The notes beneath the pieces are model-generated. The model was not told where the DNA came from, ran no database searches, and worked only from the letters and a program-made list of their open reading frames with translations. From the IMG/VR virus record IMGVR_UViG_3300033067_001487, positions 1 through 32,101 of that record: DNA of 32,101 nt. One strand, 5' to 3'. This document shows, piece after piece, positions 1 to 8,781 of this stretch. This DNA is from a virus. Lineage: Duplodnaviria > Caudoviricetes. Numbering within the stretch: the stretch's first letter is position 1; every line of letters starts with the position of its first letter. Position numbers and translations under genes: made by a program.

Positions 1-407
1 GTGATGGCGGGGGAGGGGGTGAGGGTGTAGGTTGTGGTTCCACCTGCGGTGGTGATAAGTTCAGGTGTGGGGTGAAGTAGCGAATCAATTACTCCCTGGG
101 CCCATAGCGTATCAGCAGAAAACTCAACAATCGCTCCAACCGCATGATCCTGATCTGTTCCGGATGAGTCTGCATTGCGAGTGAGACCAGTGAGTGTGCT
201 ACCAGATACACCAGTAAAAATGACTACCTCTCGCTTACTTACCGTTTCAGTTCCATTATTGTCTACTCGATCTATGATACAAACACCAGGTTTATTCTGT
301 ATTCCTGTGACGTTGTTAAGCGTCATTGAAGCAGTGGCTCCTGTCAGAAGTTGTGCGTCAAGTGTTTTTTGTACAAAGTTTTTGGTGGTTGGATAATAGA
401 TCGTCAT
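1..407 (-). CDS. Putative tail fibre/tail structural protein, N-terminal part (runs off window edge; missing from ORF track)
   Basis: ATG at 407, 2 nt after the stop of the M23 gene. Open to base 1: MTIYYPTTKNFVQKTLDAQLLTGATASMTL...KREVVIFTGVSGSTLTGLTRNADSSGTDQDHAVGAIVEF. Thr/Gly-rich with an E-x(10)-LT-x-x-TR...H-x-x-GA-x-VE pattern typical of fibre attachment domains; follows the tail genes. Confidence 0.65.
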   Translation of the reverse strand, partial: MTIYYPTTKNFVQKTLDAQLLTGATASMTLNNVTGIQNKPGVCIIDRVDNNGTETVSKREVVIFTGVSGSTLTGLTRNADSSGTDQDHAVGAIVEFSADTLWAQGVIDSLLHPTPELITTAGGTTTYTLTPSPAI

Positions 408-409
408 AG

Positions 410-1927
410 TTATCTAAAAAGATTGCTAATGGTTTTTATGGCGCTTTGGAAAAATGTCTGTTGTGGTGCTGGTCGTGAGTAGCTCACAGGCGCTTTATAT
501 GTAGACATCATTGGTTGCACGCTGCGTGGTGCAGGGGTAGACATCATGGGACCCGATGAGTACGTAACAGGTTTAGATGAGTACGAGTTGTATGATGGTG
601 CAGGTGTTGGAGTTGGTGTTGAGCGTGGAGCAGACGATCCAGAATATGTAGCGGATACCTGAGGAGCAGAATAGATAGGGCTTACCTTGGGAGCCGACAC
701 CACATTGGATACACGCGGAGCTGAAGGAGTTGGTGTTGGTTTTGGCGTTGGAGGGGCAACTAATGGCCTATATGCTGCGGTATTTGAAACTGATTGTATT
801 GGTCGCGCTATAGAGTTGAATGCATTGCTCGCTTGTGATAAAAGTCCCGCAAACTGAGCATTTGCTCCTCCTCCTGTTGGACCACTTTTCTTTGGTACGG
901 ACTTACCGCCATATTTTTTGAGCAAATCTGCATAACTCTGTAGATCACCAGACGGACCCATCATTTCTACGTGGGTGTGAAGTCCACTACTATTTCCGGT
1001 GCTCCCCATTTGTAGTTGAGCAGATCCTGTTGCAAGATAATCAGGTTGGTTATATGTAGGATTTGCGAGATGACCGAGTATTGCTACGTTCTTTCCCCGT
1101 ATATTCATGTCTCTAAGTCCTGAAGCTGTTGGCATCTTTGCGTTTACCTCATTCATGATCGCTTGTCGCTCTTCAGGGGACATCTGAGCAGCCTCTTGCG
1201 GGTTTGCTCCGATTACTCCTAAATAGTTACCATATCCTCCACTTTGGAATCCGCCAAAAGGGATACCTCCCATTGGGTTAGTTACTGCTCGTTGTGATGA
1301 TCCAGGATCGTACGCATAGTCCTCGCCCTGATGACCAGGATACCCACCTATACCTGCGGTTGAGTACGCACCTGGTTGAAATGCGTTGACATAGTTTGGT
1401 GATCCAGTTTGCATACCCAAGACCTGTGGCTGTGCTTGTGGTTGTGTAGCAGATGGTTGTGTGATCCGATTTGGCGCAGTGACAAGGGGAGATTGTGGTG
1501 GAGGACTAGACAATCTATATTGCTGTTGTGACTGTTGTGCAGGCGCTATTTCGATAGGTTGCGTAGTCTGACCCGGCCTCTGTACAAGCTCTTGACGAGG
1601 TGGCGTATATGTCACGCGAGGAGCAGGGGTAGGCGGCATTTCCACACGTGGTGCTGCTACGGGGTATGGGTTTTGAGTTCCGCCCGTTATATCTTGCTGG
1701 GTTGGCGCAGCTTTGAGTAAGTCGTACGTAGGGTTTGCGCCCGACATTTGCATTTTTTGTACAGCCATCGCATGTACATTCATGTGTTTAACTGTTTCAT
1801 CAAAGTTACCGTTCATCTTGCTGTATAGATCTAAAAGATATTGATTAAAACCGTTTTCACCAAGTAAAGAAATGAGACGTTGCGCCTCAGGAGTTTTGAT
1901 AAGGTTATTCAATGCATTGTTTTCCAC
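410..1927 (-). CDS. M23-family metallo-endopeptidase domain protein, probably virion-associated/muralytic
   Basis: HxxxD (GHQGEDY), GGYGNY, GHL and MGSTGNSSGLHTHVE (HxH) motifs. Flanked by Pro/Gln- and Pro/Ser/Thr-rich low-complexity arms. GTG start 6 nt below a -10 box. Confidence 0.8.
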   Translation of the reverse strand: MENNALNNLIKTPEAQRLISLLGENGFNQYLLDLYSKMNGNFDETVKHMNVHAMAVQKMQMSGANPTYDLLKAAPTQQDITGGTQNPYPVAAPRVEMPPTPAPRVTYTPPRQELVQRPGQTTQPIEIAPAQQSQQQYRLSSPPPQSPLVTAPNRITQPSATQPQAQPQVLGMQTGSPNYVNAFQPGAYSTAGIGGYPGHQGEDYAYDPGSSQRAVTNPMGGIPFGGFQSGGYGNYLGVIGANPQEAAQMSPEERQAIMNEVNAKMPTASGLRDMNIRGKNVAILGHLANPTYNQPDYLATGSAQLQMGSTGNSSGLHTHVEMMGPSGDLQSYADLLKKYGGKSVPKKSGPTGGGANAQFAGLLSQASNAFNSIARPIQSVSNTAAYRPLVAPPTPKPTPTPSAPRVSNVVSAPKVSPIYSAPQVSATYSGSSAPRSTPTPTPAPSYNSYSSKPVTYSSGPMMSTPAPRSVQPMMSTYKAPVSYSRPAPQQTFFQSAIKTISNLFR

Positions 1928-1933
1928 GTCACT

Positions 1934-1963
1934 AACCTAGAAGCAGATGGAGCAGGTTATCAA
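1934..1963 (-). promoter_or_regulatory. Late promoter P1 (TTGATA-18-TAGGTT), leaderless, with dyad
   Basis: -35 at 1958-1963, -10 at 1934-1939, GTG at 1927. Dyad aacctag-N11-gcaggtt. Confidence 0.8.
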
Positions 1964-3907
1964 CTAGACTCTTTGTGATGAGGACAGGGAGCCTTTGCCT
2001 TGTGGTTTAGCGGTGAGTTCAGCAGAAAGCAGCTCAAAGTTAGAGTTGGCACTGTCACAAACGATTTCTATTTGTACAAGTCGCCCAGATTTGAAGAGTT
2101 GTCCCCATCTAGTAAGCTCATCGCCACCCGCAACAGGGGTACCTGAGCTTGATCCCCACAGGACACTTCCCCACAAAGATGCACCCCACCCTGTTCGTCC
2201 TGACACAGCAGCACCTGTGATTGTAAACGTCTTAGCAGTAGATGAAGCTCCATTGCGATCCTCGATGATTATGTTTACCGTGACTGATCCGGTGATGTTT
2301 CGGAATAAAATATAGAAGTATTCGATGATCTTGAGTTCAGTCCATGATGAAAACGCTTCTTTATTGAGGCGTATTGTCTTGGTGATTGTCTCTCCATTAT
2401 CTGAGTTGACCGATGATTCAAACGTGTACACCTGATTGCTTTCGGTCGTTCCCACTACCCAGTGTTCTGTGCCTGAGCTATCCACAAAAACCTTCATCTT
2501 TGTAATACCGAAAGGTAGCTTCCAAAGCCCCGCAAAGCATCCTCGCTCGCGATCATAAACGATTACCTCTTTGCGATCAGGGAAAGAGAGAAGGTATTTA
2601 TTATCTATATATGCTGAGTTTGCGCCTACAAAATCTGACGCTCCTAGCTTCTGTAGATATGGTCGCATTCGCGCACTTACCTCATTGGTTCGGATAATAG
2701 ACAAAAAGTTTGGTTCATATCCCGTCACATAGAGACCCTTTCGACCGAAGTAGAAAATGTCATTCTCAACTACCTGTATCACATCAGGGTTACACGCTCC
2801 AACAGATGTAGAGATGGGCTGATAACTAGGATCAAGTATGCTGTAGTTACCGATTGATACTGTATTTACTGAGACCTCATAGTGAGAAGTGTCTTTGTAT
2901 ACCACTATTTTGTTTGTACCAGGCTGCACGCCTACTGCTGTTATATCAGTACCAGAGTCAGGATCAATGAATACGTACCCACCACCATCGGCCCAGGAGA
3001 ATCTACCTTGATACGGGTATCGTCCTGAAATGAGCAGTTTGGTTCGATTGTCCGCATCTACCATCACAAGTCTATCGTTATATTTCACTACTATTTCTGA
3101 CTTTATTCCCCCCGTAGAGTTTGTGGACGGCACCACCCGAAGTGCTGAGGCTTCCCCGCCTGTATCAATATATTGTGACGTTGAAGCTCCAACAGCAGCT
3201 AAAAATGTCTCTGATCCAGCCTGTCCTCGATATATCTGAAAGCCTGCAAGTGTCGCTGCAGATGGAGCAGTCCACAGCACGCGAATAGTTGTGGTGGATA
3301 GATTCTGTGGCAGGTTGGGGAGTATTACCGCAGTTGATCCCGTTGTTTCCCCTCCATTTGGACCAAGGGCTGTTACTCTCCAGCTATATGTGTATGATCC
3401 AGACACCCCGGATACGTTTGTTGCATATCCGCCTGTAGGTGCTGAGATTGTTGCAAATATTGATACCGTAGTTCCTCCTGTATAAACTGCATAGGGACGA
3501 TTTTTATTGACAAAGTATGTGTTTCCACCTAGTTGCTCAGAGCGCACTGACGATCCAGATGGATACGATATGCCCGTTATTCTTGTTGAGCTTGTACCAT
3601 TCATCTTCGCAATGAAACCCTCATCGGTTGCCACAATCAACTCCTTTGTCAAAGATGCGGTATTTGCAAATGTCATGAGACCACGCACTGATCCGGTGGC
3701 GTTAGCGGTGAAATATGTTGCAGTTCCCCATCTACCCGTAGGCACACCTGACCCGATTAGCATGATATTGTCACCCTGTGCATATTCTTCACGAGACAGT
3801 TCGGTAGGACGCAATAGAAGATTGAGTCCCTTTTTGAGAGTGGCCCATTGAGCGGATACTCCCGCTCTGGGTTTATATGCAGGTGGTCGTGAATTAAAGA
3901 GTGGCAT
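1964..3907 (-). CDS. Putative tail nozzle/DNA stabilisation protein (P22 gp10 / T7 gp12-like)
   Basis: 647 aa, beta-rich, with the G-C-x(5)-I-x-x-V-E-N-D-I-F-Y-F-x-x-x-G-L-Y propeller-like segment common to nozzle proteins. Directly after the adaptor gene (TAATG overlap). Confidence 0.7.
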   Translation of the reverse strand: MPLFNSRPPAYKPRAGVSAQWATLKKGLNLLLRPTELSREEYAQGDNIMLIGSGVPTGRWGTATYFTANATGSVRGLMTFANTASLTKELIVATDEGFIAKMNGTSSTRITGISYPSGSSVRSEQLGGNTYFVNKNRPYAVYTGGTTVSIFATISAPTGGYATNVSGVSGSYTYSWRVTALGPNGGETTGSTAVILPNLPQNLSTTTIRVLWTAPSAATLAGFQIYRGQAGSETFLAAVGASTSQYIDTGGEASALRVVPSTNSTGGIKSEIVVKYNDRLVMVDADNRTKLLISGRYPYQGRFSWADGGGYVFIDPDSGTDITAVGVQPGTNKIVVYKDTSHYEVSVNTVSIGNYSILDPSYQPISTSVGACNPDVIQVVENDIFYFGRKGLYVTGYEPNFLSIIRTNEVSARMRPYLQKLGASDFVGANSAYIDNKYLLSFPDRKEVIVYDRERGCFAGLWKLPFGITKMKVFVDSSGTEHWVVGTTESNQVYTFESSVNSDNGETITKTIRLNKEAFSSWTELKIIEYFYILFRNITGSVTVNIIIEDRNGASSTAKTFTITGAAVSGRTGWGASLWGSVLWGSSSGTPVAGGDELTRWGQLFKSGRLVQIEIVCDSANSNFELLSAELTAKPQGKGSLSSSQRV

Positions 3908-4548
3908 TATTCAAGGACGTAATTTGCGATACCAGTTTTTTTGACGGTATTTGTTCCCCCGCCTGGCTTTCGCATTGAGCGTCCTACCATATTCTTTAAC
4001 TTACGCTGTGCCTCAGCCTCTATGATGGGGAATCTGTCGTCAGATCGTGATTGGAGGATGTAACTCTCGACTTTGGAGGTTACATAAGTAGGATCAGACA
4101 GCTCACATACACTTGTGAGTGTTGCAAATCCAGCAGGAGTCATTTGATAGTCAAAAGAAATCGTTGCGGATGCAGCAAGGCCATTAAATACTGCGGTATA
4201 TCCAAGCTGCGGATTTCCAAGTATGTAACAGTATTTTTCACTTGTGCTCATTCCATACCTATCTTCTGGCTCGATTTGAGGAAACTCATACCATCCACCA
4301 TTAACGCTTTGTTTTGGAGCAACTACCAATCCATTGAAGTTTGATGGAAGTGAGATTGAGGCCAGTGTGCTTGAGTCTACTGCGTATGTCGCTTTGAGCT
4401 CTGGTAGTTGTGCTATTGCAGATGCATCAAAGATTGCTTGATTTGCGTAGTTAGATCGGAGCACTAGTTCACTTCCTGTAGGCTCTGCTGCTTCTAGGTC
4501 AATATATGCATTTACATCGGTTAAGATTTGGGAGAGGGTCTTACTCAT
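3907..4548 (-). CDS. Putative head-tail adaptor (tail tubular protein A-like)
   Basis: 213 aa; N-terminal MxxTLxQI, N-x-A helix and SLPSNF motif typical of adaptors; precedes the nozzle gene. Confidence 0.65.
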   Translation of the reverse strand: MSKTLSQILTDVNAYIDLEAAEPTGSELVLRSNYANQAIFDASAIAQLPELKATYAVDSSTLASISLPSNFNGLVVAPKQSVNGGWYEFPQIEPEDRYGMSTSEKYCYILGNPQLGYTAVFNGLAASATISFDYQMTPAGFATLTSVCELSDPTYVTSKVESYILQSRSDDRFPIIEAEAQRKLKNMVGRSMRKPGGGTNTVKKTGIANYVLE

Positions 4549-4554
4549 GTGAGT

Positions 4555-4584
4555 AACCTAGCGTCCCTATATCCAGGTTATCAA
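4555..4584 (-). promoter_or_regulatory. Late promoter P2 (TTGATA-18-TAGGTT), leaderless, with dyad
   Basis: -35 at 4579-4584, -10 at 4555-4560, ATG at 4548. Dyad aacctag-N11-ccaggtt. Confidence 0.8.
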
Positions 4585-4585
4585 C

Positions 4586-4915
4586 CTATGAGTACACGTA
4601 TGATTCGCGGAGAGTCCACACCTTGTCATATGCATCAGTCCCGCTTGCGTAGATCACCGTAGATTCATCCAAAGTTATAGCCATGATCTGCCAATAGGGA
4701 AGTGTTGCGTTGATGCCCGGAGATGATCTACCCACAAAGGTGAGGGAGGCATTTGTAGACAGCCTGAGAGTTTGCTGTGCTTTTGAGGTAAACTTGAATG
4801 CTTGACCCGTTGAGAGTCCACCCATTCTGCCATGTTCAGCCATATCAATCACGTTTCCATCCTGGATATGGTTTTTTCCAAAAAGAGACTGGTATAGATC
4901 GGTGATTATTGTCAT
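4586..4915 (-). CDS. Hypothetical protein, possibly virion structural
   Basis: 109 aa, ATGA-coupled to the upstream gene. C-terminal FVG...PG...WQI...YASG...DKVW..R.SY.YS resembles small phage structural domains. Confidence 0.55.
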   Translation of the reverse strand: MTIITDLYQSLFGKNHIQDGNVIDMAEHGRMGGLSTGQAFKFTSKAQQTLRLSTNASLTFVGRSSPGINATLPYWQIMAITLDESTVIYASGTDAYDKVWTLRESYVYS

Positions 4916-5292
4916 CCCATTGAGTGAAACTTTTTCATGTCGTTTTCAATCCGTTTATGCTCTGATGCAAGGTAAGCGTATTGAGCCAAATAGCGCACTC
5001 TATTTTCTGAAATAGGGGGCGTGCCTACTCTGAGCTCAAGCGTTCGAATAGCCCATTTGAGGTCGTCTGGTGTTTTTCCCTTTGCGTTTTCTTTAGCCCA
5101 CTGTAAGAGCAAATCCACTTCATGTTTATATTTTGTCTTATCCCCATCATTCTCAAGTCCAAGTGCCTGTTGTATAGCCTTCTGGTCCATTTCTGGCATT
5201 GCAGATACGGTCATTGTTGCGGGAGGCTTGACCTCATCAGCTACTGATTTTACAGGGGAAGTATTGGACTTATCGACTACTTTTATATCCAT
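4912..5292 (-). CDS. Hypothetical protein
   Basis: 126 aa helical ORF with its own leaderless promoter. Confidence 0.7.
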   Translation of the reverse strand: MDIKVVDKSNTSPVKSVADEVKPPATMTVSAMPEMDQKAIQQALGLENDGDKTKYKHEVDLLLQWAKENAKGKTPDDLKWAIRTLELRVGTPPISENRVRYLAQYAYLASEHKRIENDMKKFHSMG

Positions 5293-5298
5293 AAAACA

Positions 5299-5328
5299 AA
5301 TCTACTGACAATCAATCTAGGTTATCAA
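5299..5328 (-). promoter_or_regulatory. Late promoter P3 (TTGATA-18-TAGATT), leaderless, with dyad
   Basis: -35 at 5323-5328 overlaps the upstream TGA stop; -10 at 5299-5304; ATG at 5292. Dyad aatctac-N11-ctaggtt. Confidence 0.75.
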
Positions 5329-6044
5329 ATGAACGGAAAGGACTGTGAGCCTGTAAATACTGGTGTAGGATCAAGACCCCACTTTTGTATATATCTCCGC
5401 TTCATTTCCATAAATTGCTCTGATAGATCCTTGGCGTGTGTAGTTTGTCCCTCTCTATGTTGGATCGAGCATCCATAGTTGACGTACAGCTTGAGACCCG
5501 CCTTCATGACTCTGGTGGAGTAGTCCCAGTCCTCCCAGTTACAGGGATAGTAAGTGTCCTGATCGTAGTAGCCAACTCGCGCAATTGTTTTTTTAGTCAA
5601 CATGACACACGCATGAGAAAACCATTTATAGTTTTCGACTATTCCCGCACCTTGCGGTAGATGTTCTACGTAGATGTTAGCGAGCCCTGCCTGGGGCATA
5701 TCCATAGCTTGCTTTAGGGCTTCTAGCCAACCTTCGTGGACTATCGTATCATCGCCAAGTATCGTGATGTAGTTTGCGCGTGCGAGTTTCATGCCTGTAT
5801 TCCAGCCATGAGATATGCCCATATTCTTATCGAGTCTTACGTACACGTCACAGTACTTGTCCCACTCAAATCGCTCTGTTGATCCATTGTCTACGATGAT
5901 CAGCTCGTAGTCTTTACTTGATCCGCGCACACTGGCCACACATTCTTTGGCCATTTCAACAAGCTCAGGGGTGCGGTGATAGATGAGCAGTACTACGCTA
6001 TATGTCGGTTTTGTTAAGTTTGGATTTACAAGTACATCTGCCAT
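5325..6044 (-). CDS. Glycosyltransferase family 2 (GT-A)
   Basis: SVVL..Y, ELIIVDNGS, N.G...GWN.G, LGDD and WEDWDY motifs. Confidence 0.9.
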   Translation of the reverse strand: MADVLVNPNLTKPTYSVVLLIYHRTPELVEMAKECVASVRGSSKDYELIIVDNGSTERFEWDKYCDVYVRLDKNMGISHGWNTGMKLARANYITILGDDTIVHEGWLEALKQAMDMPQAGLANIYVEHLPQGAGIVENYKWFSHACVMLTKKTIARVGYYDQDTYYPCNWEDWDYSTRVMKAGLKLYVNYGCSIQHREGQTTHAKDLSEQFMEMKRRYIQKWGLDPTPVFTGSQSFPFI

Positions 6045-6718
6045 AGTGATTTCCAGTCAACTGACGGAGCCATGAATCCACTAACCATATGAGTAGCAAA
6101 AGAGGGGATAGGAGTATAGAGCTGATGACCAAGCGCACGTAACTCATGCCACACGTCATTATCAAGATACCCATATCGATTAAATATGTCTCTACCAGAG
6201 GCAAATACATCTGGTCGAGTAGCAAAGGTCATGGTATTGCGCTCAGCAGTCCGAAAGTGGTGGTCTTCTACGAGCTTTAGTCCTACCGTTTCACTGTGTA
6301 TAGTGTGATCGATATAAAAGTTTAGATGATCGTAGGGCGACACCAGGCCCAAATCTTGAGTTGCACGGAGCAGTTTCTTGACTGATCCGGGTCTATACAA
6401 GTAGTCACACTCCTGAAATAGCACCACATCGCTGACATCTTGAGCAATCTCGTATGCACGCATAGCGGTTTCATTTATTCCAATTCGTGTATATTCGATG
6501 GTCATTGATTGAAGCCACGACATAGGCACAATGCCCTCGATCATTTTTGTATATGAGTCAGGACAAAAGTCACAAAGAAAGTGAACGCTTGGGAGCAAAT
6601 CACCGCATCCTATGACAAAAGATCGTAAGCAAAGCTCATTGAGCAAGTCTTTATAGTTTTGAAGCACAGGAGAGGGATTAGTAGAGGCTATCCCGCACAT
6701 GCGATAAATAACTTTCAT
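6026..6718 (-). CDS. Putative GT-A fold glycosyltransferase
   Basis: LFQECDYLY (degenerate EDD/DxD), VSPYDH and PIPSFATH; lies inside the sugar cassette. Confidence 0.6.
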   Translation of the reverse strand: MKVIYRMCGIASTNPSPVLQNYKDLLNELCLRSFVIGCGDLLPSVHFLCDFCPDSYTKMIEGIVPMSWLQSMTIEYTRIGINETAMRAYEIAQDVSDVVLFQECDYLYRPGSVKKLLRATQDLGLVSPYDHLNFYIDHTIHSETVGLKLVEDHHFRTAERNTMTFATRPDVFASGRDIFNRYGYLDNDVWHELRALGHQLYTPIPSFATHMVSGFMAPSVDWKSLWQMYL

Positions 6719-7617
6719 TTTATTTCATTTGCAAACTGTTTAATCTCAGGTAGCGATACATAGTCCCAGGTTTTCTTGAGTCCGACAAGAAGCGGTGTCT
6801 CGTTGTACGTTGTCATAAGGCTCTGCTTACGGTGTGAGGCCAGAAACAAATATATTTCTTGTGGACGAGCAGGGAGATGTTTTATCTTTGCTTTTTTGCC
6901 TGACACTGACTCAATAAGCATAAGCAAATATGCAAGGTCAATGTCAAAGCACGATCCAACATTGAGCACTTGCCCCATGTATTTAGGATTATTGATCGAA
7001 TCAATAAATACATCAACTACATCGTCTACATACGAGAATGCCCGTTTCATTTTACCTTCTCCAAAGATAGTGCACTCCTTATCCTCGATCAGATTGCGCA
7101 TAAACAGGGCTACTACATTTTTATATGGATTGCTCATGTCCTGGTGTGGACCATATATGTTGTGCGGACGGAATATGGTGTAGTTTAGTCCGTGCACTTT
7201 TGAAAGTATTTTGAGTATCTGCTCTGCTGCTAGTTTATTGACTCCATACACGTCTTTTGGTTTTGGTATGTCGTCCTCAGAGTAGGGCACTTCTGCCTCT
7301 CCGTATACCGCCACAGATGAAGTAAATATGAATTGTTTAGCCCGTATTGATGGGACAAGTACGTTTAGGAATATACCCAGGTTGTTATCTGTCATATCGA
7401 TAGGGGATACTTGACCCCGAGACTCAGCAGCATTCGCAGCAAGGTGGAATACAATTTCAGGACCAAAGCATTTTATGGTAAATGCAGTTTTTTCACGATT
7501 TAGCAAATCGTGTCCAAGTGTTTTTGACATTCTTAATACCACGTGACCTTCTTTGTACAAACGAGCCACTAGGTTTGAACCTAGCAAGCCCGTTGCACCA
7601 GTCACAAGTATTTTCAT
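6715..7617 (-). CDS. NAD-dependent nucleotide-sugar epimerase/dehydratase/reductase (extended SDR)
   Basis: TGATGLLG Rossmann motif, FHLAA, TSSVAVYG, catalytic YGVNK, RPHNIYGP. Confidence 0.92.
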   Translation of the reverse strand: MKILVTGATGLLGSNLVARLYKEGHVVLRMSKTLGHDLLNREKTAFTIKCFGPEIVFHLAANAAESRGQVSPIDMTDNNLGIFLNVLVPSIRAKQFIFTSSVAVYGEAEVPYSEDDIPKPKDVYGVNKLAAEQILKILSKVHGLNYTIFRPHNIYGPHQDMSNPYKNVVALFMRNLIEDKECTIFGEGKMKRAFSYVDDVVDVFIDSINNPKYMGQVLNVGSCFDIDLAYLLMLIESVSGKKAKIKHLPARPQEIYLFLASHRKQSLMTTYNETPLLVGLKKTWDYVSLPEIKQFANEIK

Positions 7618-8780
7618 ATCTTTTCAGCAACCGAACCAATAAAGTTGATCATTTCCTCAGTGATAGACGGATGGACTGATAAGAACATTCCATTCTTCAT
7701 CACCTCATCAGCATTGTCGAGCGTACCAGAGACAATGTACTCCACGTCCTTATATGCAGGATGCTTGGTGATATTTCCAGAAAATATTGTCCGACACTCT
7801 ATATTAGCCTTCTCGAAAGCCTCAAATACCTGCTTACGAGGTACGCTATTTATAAGTAGTGGGAATGAGAACCAGCACGTATCAGCCCCAGGTATAGTCT
7901 TTACCATTTGGAACCGAGGAAATCGAACAAACACATCTTTCATCATGGTATAGTTCATCCAGCGAGCTTCCTTGAACTCTTGCAACCTTCTGAGTTGTAC
8001 TCGTCCCATTGCACACTGTAGCTCTAGTGGTTTTACGTTGTAGCCCATCTCGGTATATACATACCGCTCACGATAATCATCTGGGAATCCCGGGTATTCA
8101 AATATCTTATCACTTCCAGACTCACGACCCCACTCACGCATCTTCATGGCCCGCGCTCCTATCTCCTCATCATTGGTCAAAATACCGCCACCTTCACCCA
8201 TCGTGATGATATGAGCTGCATGCATTGAAATGCATGACACATCCGCGTATGTTTCAATAAACTTACCATGCAGGGTCGTACCGTATCCATCACAGTTGTC
8301 TAGGATTATCTTTCGATCTCCGACTATCTCTCTGAGCGTAACTAGATCGACCGGATTTCCTGCAATATCCACAGCAATAACTGCCTTGATGTCAGGATGC
8401 TCAAATATGGCCTTTTTTACCCCATTGAGGGATAGATTGAGCGACTCGAGGTCTACATCAACTACAACTGGTATCAGCCAGTTTTGCACGATAGCATTGA
8501 AAGCTGTGGGGAAGTTTACAGCAGGCACAATTACCTTTGATCCCTTAGGTAGTTTTAGTGCAGCCATAGCGACAAGTAGTGCCGATGATCCTGAGTTAGT
8601 CAATACTGCTTTTTTGACTCCTGTTACCTCTGCCAATTCTTTCTCGAGTGCAATACTTTCTGGTCCTACGGTCCATCGCTTGCCTCCTTGAGATTCGATG
8701 ACATTCCATATTGCGTCACGCTCTGCATTGCCAATCATCGCTCCTCCGTACTCGATCCGATCCTGAACGGGTGTAAACAT
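7614..8780 (-). CDS. DegT/DnrJ-fold PLP enzyme, His-type; probable NDP-4-keto-6-deoxysugar 3-dehydratase (ColD/RfbH-like)
   Basis: NSGSSALL, DNCD and SMHAAHIITMGEGG with His at the usual Schiff-base Lys position. No Cys cluster after WGR. Confidence 0.8.
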   Translation of the reverse strand: MFTPVQDRIEYGGAMIGNAERDAIWNVIESQGGKRWTVGPESIALEKELAEVTGVKKAVLTNSGSSALLVAMAALKLPKGSKVIVPAVNFPTAFNAIVQNWLIPVVVDVDLESLNLSLNGVKKAIFEHPDIKAVIAVDIAGNPVDLVTLREIVGDRKIILDNCDGYGTTLHGKFIETYADVSCISMHAAHIITMGEGGGILTNDEEIGARAMKMREWGRESGSDKIFEYPGFPDDYRERYVYTEMGYNVKPLELQCAMGRVQLRRLQEFKEARWMNYTMMKDVFVRFPRFQMVKTIPGADTCWFSFPLLINSVPRKQVFEAFEKANIECRTIFSGNITKHPAYKDVEYIVSGTLDNADEVMKNGMFLSVHPSITEEMINFIGSVAEKI

Positions 8781-8781
8781 A

